From Anaeromyxobacteraceae bacterium (GTDB lineage: Bacteria > Myxococcota > Myxococcia > Myxococcales > Anaeromyxobacteraceae): a DNA stretch of 64,000 bases. This document shows, one piece after another, positions 60,101 to 64,000 of this stretch (the first letter of the stretch is position 1; each line of letters opens with the position of its first letter). The notes beneath the pieces are model-generated. The model worked only from the letters and a program-made list of their open reading frames with translations, did not search any database and had not been told where the DNA came from. Position numbers and translations under genes: made by a program. The stretch is from positions 1 to 64,000 of the forward strand of contig JAULAX010000015.1 of NCBI GenBank assembly GCA_032654565.1, given 5' to 3'.

Positions 60101-61116
60101 CCGAGGAGCCTGGCCGGGTCGATCCCGTCGAGCACCACGTCGAAGCCGAGCCGGCGCGGGCCGCCGGGCCCGAGCAGGAGCGTCAGCGCGGCCCGGCCGC
60201 CGCCGGTGGCGCCCGCGGGCGGGGTCAGCACCACCTCGGCGGTGATCCGCTTCCCGTCCGACTCGGCCGAGACTCGCCCCTCGAGCGGGCGCAGGCCGAC
60301 GCCGGCGCCCAGCAGCGCCGCCAGGTCCCGCTCGGCCAGCGCCACCCGCGTCGCCGCCGCGCGGAAGGTCTCGCGCTCCCAGTCCCACTCGCCGGACGCC
60401 TCCAGCCGGCTGGCGGCGGCCCCCAGCACCAGCCGCGGCACGGTGAGCCGGCTCCCCTCGATCCGGGCCGTGAGCTCGACGGAGAGCGGCCCCTCCAGCG
60501 GCACCGCCAGCGCCCCGGTGGCGGTGAGCGCGGCCACCACCCCGGCCGCCGAGAGCGACCCGGCGCCGTCGACCGCCAGGCCGCTGGCCTGGAGCCGCGA
60601 CCGGCCCTGCGGGTCGCGCCAGCTCAGGGCGGCCTCGGTGATGCGCAGCCGGTCGACGCGGATCTTCCAGCCGCCCCAGGGATCGGCGCCGACGCGCCCG
60701 GGCGCGGTGGCGGCGTGGAAGGCGTCGGCGATGGTGAGACGCCCTCCCTCCCCCGGCTCCAGCCAGACCTGGGCCCGGTCCACCTCGACGTCGACGCCGA
60801 CGGTGCGGGTGACCAGCCCGGCCAGCCCGATGCGGAGGCGGACCCGCTCGGCGCGGATCACCGGGTGGCCGGCCGGATCGGTGATCACCACGTCGCGCAG
60901 CTCCAGCCCCCCGCCTGGCCCCAGCTCGAGCCCGGCCAGCCTGATCTGGCCGGGCACCAGCCCGTCGAGCGCCCCGGCCACCACCCCGGCCAGGCGGCGC
61001 GAGGCCACGCCGGAGGAGAGCAGCAGCCAGGCGGCCGCGAGCAGGACGAGCAGGGCGCCGCCGATCCCCAGCAGGGCGAGGGCGATGGCACGCAGGGCGC
61101 GGGTCGGCCGGCGCAT
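57133..61116 (-). CDS. tamB: Translocation and assembly module TamB
   Basis: N-terminal TM anchor, long beta-taco-like repeats and a C-terminal DUF490-like region (V.G....P.LRLTSEPAL...GKQLTDR...Y.LSPRWTLE...WQKDY). Lies downstream of an Omp85 gene. Confidence 0.88.
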   Translation of the reverse strand: MRRPTRALRAIALALLGIGGALLVLLAAAWLLLSSGVASRRLAGVVAGALDGLVPGQIRLAGLELGPGGGLELRDVVITDPAGHPVIRAERVRLRIGLAGLVTRTVGVDVEVDRAQVWLEPGEGGRLTIADAFHAATAPGRVGADPWGGWKIRVDRLRITEAALSWRDPQGRSRLQASGLAVDGAGSLSAAGVVAALTATGALAVPLEGPLSVELTARIEGSRLTVPRLVLGAAASRLEASGEWDWERETFRAAATRVALAERDLAALLGAGVGLRPLEGRVSAESDGKRITAEVVLTPPAGATGGGRAALTLLLGPGGPRRLGFDVVLDGIDPARLLGRAPRGRLSLAARGELAWPVSPREPLHQGRVTVEGLEVALPGLALRGSGRWRDAGELRADLRLTAADLAVAGPMAAALLGVELPALSGQGEASLELRGTAAAPEATLAVRLARATVAGTSVTGGRAELRLVGDAVALEASTSLGPLGGDLLTARGEAVLAPGWHGATLSRLELGLAGQAWTLSGPATVTFAGPSVDGAAFRSGAQRLTLAGGYLRGGAVDARLALDELDLSALPRTLAAESLGLAGRATGTVSVSGRAARLRLEARVTVAAGQLFPLTGLTLEASLGWRQQARRIQLEGRMTRGEGGTLDLAADLPWPLGGASAGAAVTARVAAAGWPLQWLLQSRQLDLPADGRLGGELTLAGSVGSPRLSAHAALTGGRWGEVQPLTLTAALDGSSDALRAEAELLLATTALARGRAELPWDRGALLHRPGWTLSRLAEAAWTAEVELPSLELATLAGTAGLPAGMGGRVQGRLTLGGTLAAPRGALSVEAVGLALGGHAVGDLTGTASGDRGAARLALSLAPTGGGTLRAEGTVALAGAPTLVEAPLQLTVKGEAMSPAFLPLLLPGRLRTASGQVDADLTVTGTARAPRLAGTVALVDGAASLPGYGTFHAIGFTASLDPRGLRVEELSLQRGAGRLQGRLAVEGLDQPEARVDGALTATNFGVARSGMDVATIDARAALGGRVVGRRLELDVAVERGATVRLPRKAPRQLQSLQERADIVIGEPRPAEDGGAAGTPPPAGAVAIPLEASVRVRGEQILVRSDQPRVHLELRTDATWDLTASPVEVRGALDAWQGTFEPLGGRLFTVVRGRVAFPGGPLDDAQLDLAADYQNPTALVHATVTGTFESPVLRLTSEPALDEASLAMLIVTGRTEVSAGGTERTGFTAQDAGMAASLALANRLFEEQLGEKMPLDSLTLDSTAVAAGKQLTDRIMVGYIRRFDARPEKGENTDEVRVQYHLSPRWTLESRYGNAGAGGASLIWQKDY

Positions 61117-61118
61117 GG

Positions 61119-63071
61119 TCAGTAGGCCTCGCCGAGGGCCAGCTGGACGGCCATCATCGGCTCGCGGTGACCGGAGCCGCCCGGCACCGCCGGGAAGCGG
61201 TTGGAGAAGGAGACGCCGTGGCTGAAGTTGGTCGGCACCCGGACCCCGGCGTCGAGCCGCACCGGGCCGAAGGGGGTCCGGTAGCGCAGCCCGAGGCCGA
61301 AGGTGGGCTGCAGCCCGGCCGGGTCGAGCGCCCGCAGCCACTCCCGGGGAGCGCCGGAGGCCTCCGAGACGTTGCCGACGTCGATGAAGACCACGCCGCC
61401 GAGCGGGCCGCCCAGCTGCTGCCGCAGCTCCAGCGAGGCCTCGAGCAGGCCGTTGCCACCGGTCGGCACCCAGTGACCGTCCTGGTAGACCATGGGCGAG
61501 AGGCGCTGGTTGCCGTAGCCGCGGACGGTGTTGGAGCCGCCCGAGCTGAAGAGCGCGACGATGGAGGCCGGTCCGCTCTCGTTGATGGGCACCAGCCCGC
61601 CCACCCGGACCCGCCCGGCCAGCACCGTCCGCCAGCCGACCGGGGCGTAGAAGCTCAGGTCGGGCGCGACGCGGAGGTAGCTGTAGCCGTGGCTCCCCAG
61701 CCGGAACCCCTCCTGCACCGTCAGCCCCACCACCAGCCCGCGGCGGGGGTCGACCGGGTCGTCGCGCCCGTCCCAGGCCACCCGCTGCTCCAGGTAGGAG
61801 AGCACGCAGACGCCGCCGGCGGTGCAGGTGCGGAGCTGCGGCGGGACGGTGCCGGTGGCCGGGTCGTACCAGGAGTCGATCCAGTAGGTCTCGAGGTTGT
61901 AGGAGGGGACCACCGTCCAGCGCGAGGCCAGCCGCAGCGGGGTGCCCACCCGGGCCCGCACCGCCCAGGCGGCGTAGCTGGTCTCGATGGACCGCTCCCC
62001 TCCCAGCTTGAGCGCCAGGTCCACCTGCCGGCCGAAGGCGCCCGGCTGCTCGAAGCCTGCGGTGAGCTGCCCGACCACCCCCTCGTGCACCGGCTGGTAC
62101 GGGGTGGGGAGCCAGGCGTAGCCGGCCCGGGCGTCGAGCTGCAGCTTGCGCAGGTCGCCGAGGAAGTTCCGGTGGGACCAGCTGGCCAGCGCCTGCGCCT
62201 CCCAGCGGCTGGGCTGGAGGGCGATCCCCGGCCCGAGGCGCAGCGTCTGGAAGGGGGCCTCCTGCACCGTCACCACCACCGGCGCCACGCCCCGCTCCAG
62301 GTCCGGCTCGCCGAGGGTCACCCGGGCCCCGCCGAAGACGCCGAGGTTGAAGACGCGGGCCTGGGCCCGGACCAGGGCGGCCTCGTCGAAGAAGGCGCCC
62401 GGCCTCACCTCCAGGCTGGCGTGGTCGGCCACCTTGCCGGCCGGGACCCGGACCGTCCCCTTCACCTCCACCGCCCCGAACCGCAGCCGCGGGCCCGGCG
62501 TGACGGTGTAGGTGACGTCGACCTGCTCCAGGTCGGGGAGGACGCGGGCCTCCTGGGTCACCGTGGCCAGCGCCCACCCGGTGGAGCGGAGCGCGGCCAG
62601 CAGCTGGGCGCGCAGGCCGTCGTAGGCCTCCAGGGTGAACCGGCCGCCCACCTCGAGCGCCGGCCGGTGCAGCTCCCGGGCCGCCTCGGGCGCCTCCTCC
62701 AGCCCCGGCGTCCGCAGCCGGACCACCCGAGCCACCGGCCCCTCCTCCACCACCAGCCGCACCCGCACCCGCCCCTCGCCGTCGGGGGTCAGCTGCGGCT
62801 CGGCGACCGTGGTCCGGTAGCGGCCGCGCTCCCGGTAGAAGGCGGCGATGCGCAGCGTGTCGTCGGCGAGCTGGTCCCGATCGAGCCGGGCCACGTCGCA
62901 GCCGAAGAGGCAGCTCGACGGGTGGGTGGCCAGCTTCCCGGCCAGCTCGGCCCGGTCGACGGTGCGGACGCCGCGCAGCTCCACCGCCGTGATCACCGGC
63001 GCCTCGGGCGTCCCTCTCGCCGTCAGGCAGCCGGCGGCGGCCAGCAGCAGCAAGGAGGCGCAGCGTCGCAT
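61119..63071 (-). CDS. tamA: Omp85 family outer membrane protein (TamA/BamA)
   Basis: Lipobox-like LAAAGC, POTRA domains, GGSNTVRGY, GLGLRYRTPFGPVRLD, C-terminal LGEAY. Confidence 0.9.
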   Translation of the reverse strand: MRRCASLLLLAAAGCLTARGTPEAPVITAVELRGVRTVDRAELAGKLATHPSSCLFGCDVARLDRDQLADDTLRIAAFYRERGRYRTTVAEPQLTPDGEGRVRVRLVVEEGPVARVVRLRTPGLEEAPEAARELHRPALEVGGRFTLEAYDGLRAQLLAALRSTGWALATVTQEARVLPDLEQVDVTYTVTPGPRLRFGAVEVKGTVRVPAGKVADHASLEVRPGAFFDEAALVRAQARVFNLGVFGGARVTLGEPDLERGVAPVVVTVQEAPFQTLRLGPGIALQPSRWEAQALASWSHRNFLGDLRKLQLDARAGYAWLPTPYQPVHEGVVGQLTAGFEQPGAFGRQVDLALKLGGERSIETSYAAWAVRARVGTPLRLASRWTVVPSYNLETYWIDSWYDPATGTVPPQLRTCTAGGVCVLSYLEQRVAWDGRDDPVDPRRGLVVGLTVQEGFRLGSHGYSYLRVAPDLSFYAPVGWRTVLAGRVRVGGLVPINESGPASIVALFSSGGSNTVRGYGNQRLSPMVYQDGHWVPTGGNGLLEASLELRQQLGGPLGGVVFIDVGNVSEASGAPREWLRALDPAGLQPTFGLGLRYRTPFGPVRLDAGVRVPTNFSHGVSFSNRFPAVPGGSGHREPMMAVQLALGEAY

Positions 63072-63139
63072 GGCGGCATGATGTCATGCCCACTCCGGCC
63101 CTGCCCGGGGCGCCCCGGGAACGGCCCGGGCGGCGCTCC

Positions 63140-63937
63140 TCAGCGGTCCGGCGAGGAGAGCAGCAAGCCGAGGTGGGCCTTCTCCCAGTCGCGCGAGCGC
63201 TGGTGGTCGGCGTAGGCCCGCTCGCGCCGGCGGAACTCGGCGCCGTGGACCACGCGCCGGCCGTTCCGCTCGTGGACCGGGACCACCTGGTGGAGCATCT
63301 CGTGGAAGACCACCGCCGCCACGTAGAACTCGGGCACCTCGGGGCGGTCGAGCGTCGGGTGGATGCGGATGACCCGGGCGTCGTGCAGGTAGACCCCGGT
63401 CTTGACGGTGCGCCGTCGCCGGCCCGGGCGCACCGCCCCCCACCCGATGCGCGCCTCCACGGCGCCGCCGAACTCGGCCTGGTTGAGCCGCTCGAAGATG
63501 GCGGCCAGGTCGTGGGCCCGCCCCCGCGGCTGCAGGCGCCCCACCCGCGGCGCGCCGATCCGGTCGCGCTGGTCGCGGACGAAGCGATCGATGCGCCGGC
63601 TGGCCTCGCGCCGGCGCCCCGCCGCCCCGCGGCTGGTGCCGGCGAAGGCGGCCAGCGCCCGCACCACCTCGCCGGGCGCCTCCAGGAACATGTGGTGGAC
63701 CCGGTAGTGGAGGCCGCCGCCGGCGCGCCGGAAGGAGACCATGGTGGAGCGGTTGTCGTGGACGGTCAGCTTGACCGGCTCGCCCAGCACCGCCGCCAGC
63801 TCGTCGGCGATGCGGCGGGCCTCGGCCACCCGCGCCTCGCGCCCGAGGTGGCGGCCCTCGAAGAGCGGGAGCTGGCGGTGCACCTCGCGCGTGGCCACGG
63901 TCTCTGCATGCTGGGCGCCGGGCTGGTGGTCGGTCAA
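63140..63937 (-). CDS. SprT-like zinc metalloprotease
   Basis: F..LN..EF, G.Y......IRIHP.LD, VFHEMLHQ (HExxH), VHG.EFR. Confidence 0.8.
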   Translation of the reverse strand: MTDHQPGAQHAETVATREVHRQLPLFEGRHLGREARVAEARRIADELAAVLGEPVKLTVHDNRSTMVSFRRAGGGLHYRVHHMFLEAPGEVVRALAAFAGTSRGAAGRRREASRRIDRFVRDQRDRIGAPRVGRLQPRGRAHDLAAIFERLNQAEFGGAVEARIGWGAVRPGRRRRTVKTGVYLHDARVIRIHPTLDRPEVPEFYVAAVVFHEMLHQVVPVHERNGRRVVHGAEFRRRERAYADHQRSRDWEKAHLGLLLSSPDR

Positions 63938-64000
63938 GGCGCCCCACCCTCCTCGTCGGCCAGCAGGCGGGCCACCCGGGCCGGCTCGAGGCGCAGGTGG
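63934..64000 (-). CDS. 3' end of an unidentified gene, truncated by the window
   Basis: GC3-rich frame HLRLEPARVARLLADEEGGAP*; its stop overlaps the TTG start of the next gene (TTGA). Confidence 0.4.
   Translation of the reverse strand, partial: HLRLEPARVARLLADEEGGAP

Noticed and set aside
57217..61225. Very long plus-strand ORFs (1302 and 1183 aa), and similar ones at 40229-43465, 45450-48476 and 48975-51554
   Set aside because: Stop-poor shadow frames opposite recognisable genes, Arg/Ala/Ser/Pro-rich and without domains.

Overview
Very GC-rich bacterial DNA; gene content and codon usage suggest an Anaeromyxobacter-like member of Myxococcota (inference). About 1-17,300 is an accessory island with visibly more A/T-ending codons over much of its length. 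It holds the end of a satellite/integrative element (Zn-finger/TOPRIM/DUF3987 primase-helicase, nested inverted repeats, small serine resolvase, DUF5677/HEPN-like gene) and a Sec-type Rhs polymorphic-toxin locus on the minus strand: a 13-Ig-repeat protein with one N-terminal YD repeat, a large Rhs, an immunity gene, a signal-peptide mini-Rhs with a Zn-phospholipase C/P1-fold tip split by an IS3-family element, and two more immunity-like genes. About 17,400-64,000 is mostly core genome: tusA, EAL phosphodiesterase, aroH-tyrA-aroA-aroE-aroC-aroK-aroB, an HUH/RAYT-type transposase between 17-bp inverted repeats, citE-like, serC, thioesterase, HIT, prolyl oligopeptidase, dtd, astA, M24 peptidase, PAP2, a histidine kinase, a five-gene lipoprotein/ECF sigma/anti-sigma/exported caspase/lipoprotein cassette, a Cys/Met PLP lyase, argBC, M20 peptidase, dedA, GT87, tamB/tamA and a SprT-like protease. 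I recognised no rRNA, tRNA or CRISPR array. The best candidates for undescribed systems are the Ig-YD/Rhs/mini-Rhs toxin locus and the caspase-ECF signalling cassette. All family assignments come from reading motifs by eye; no database search was run.
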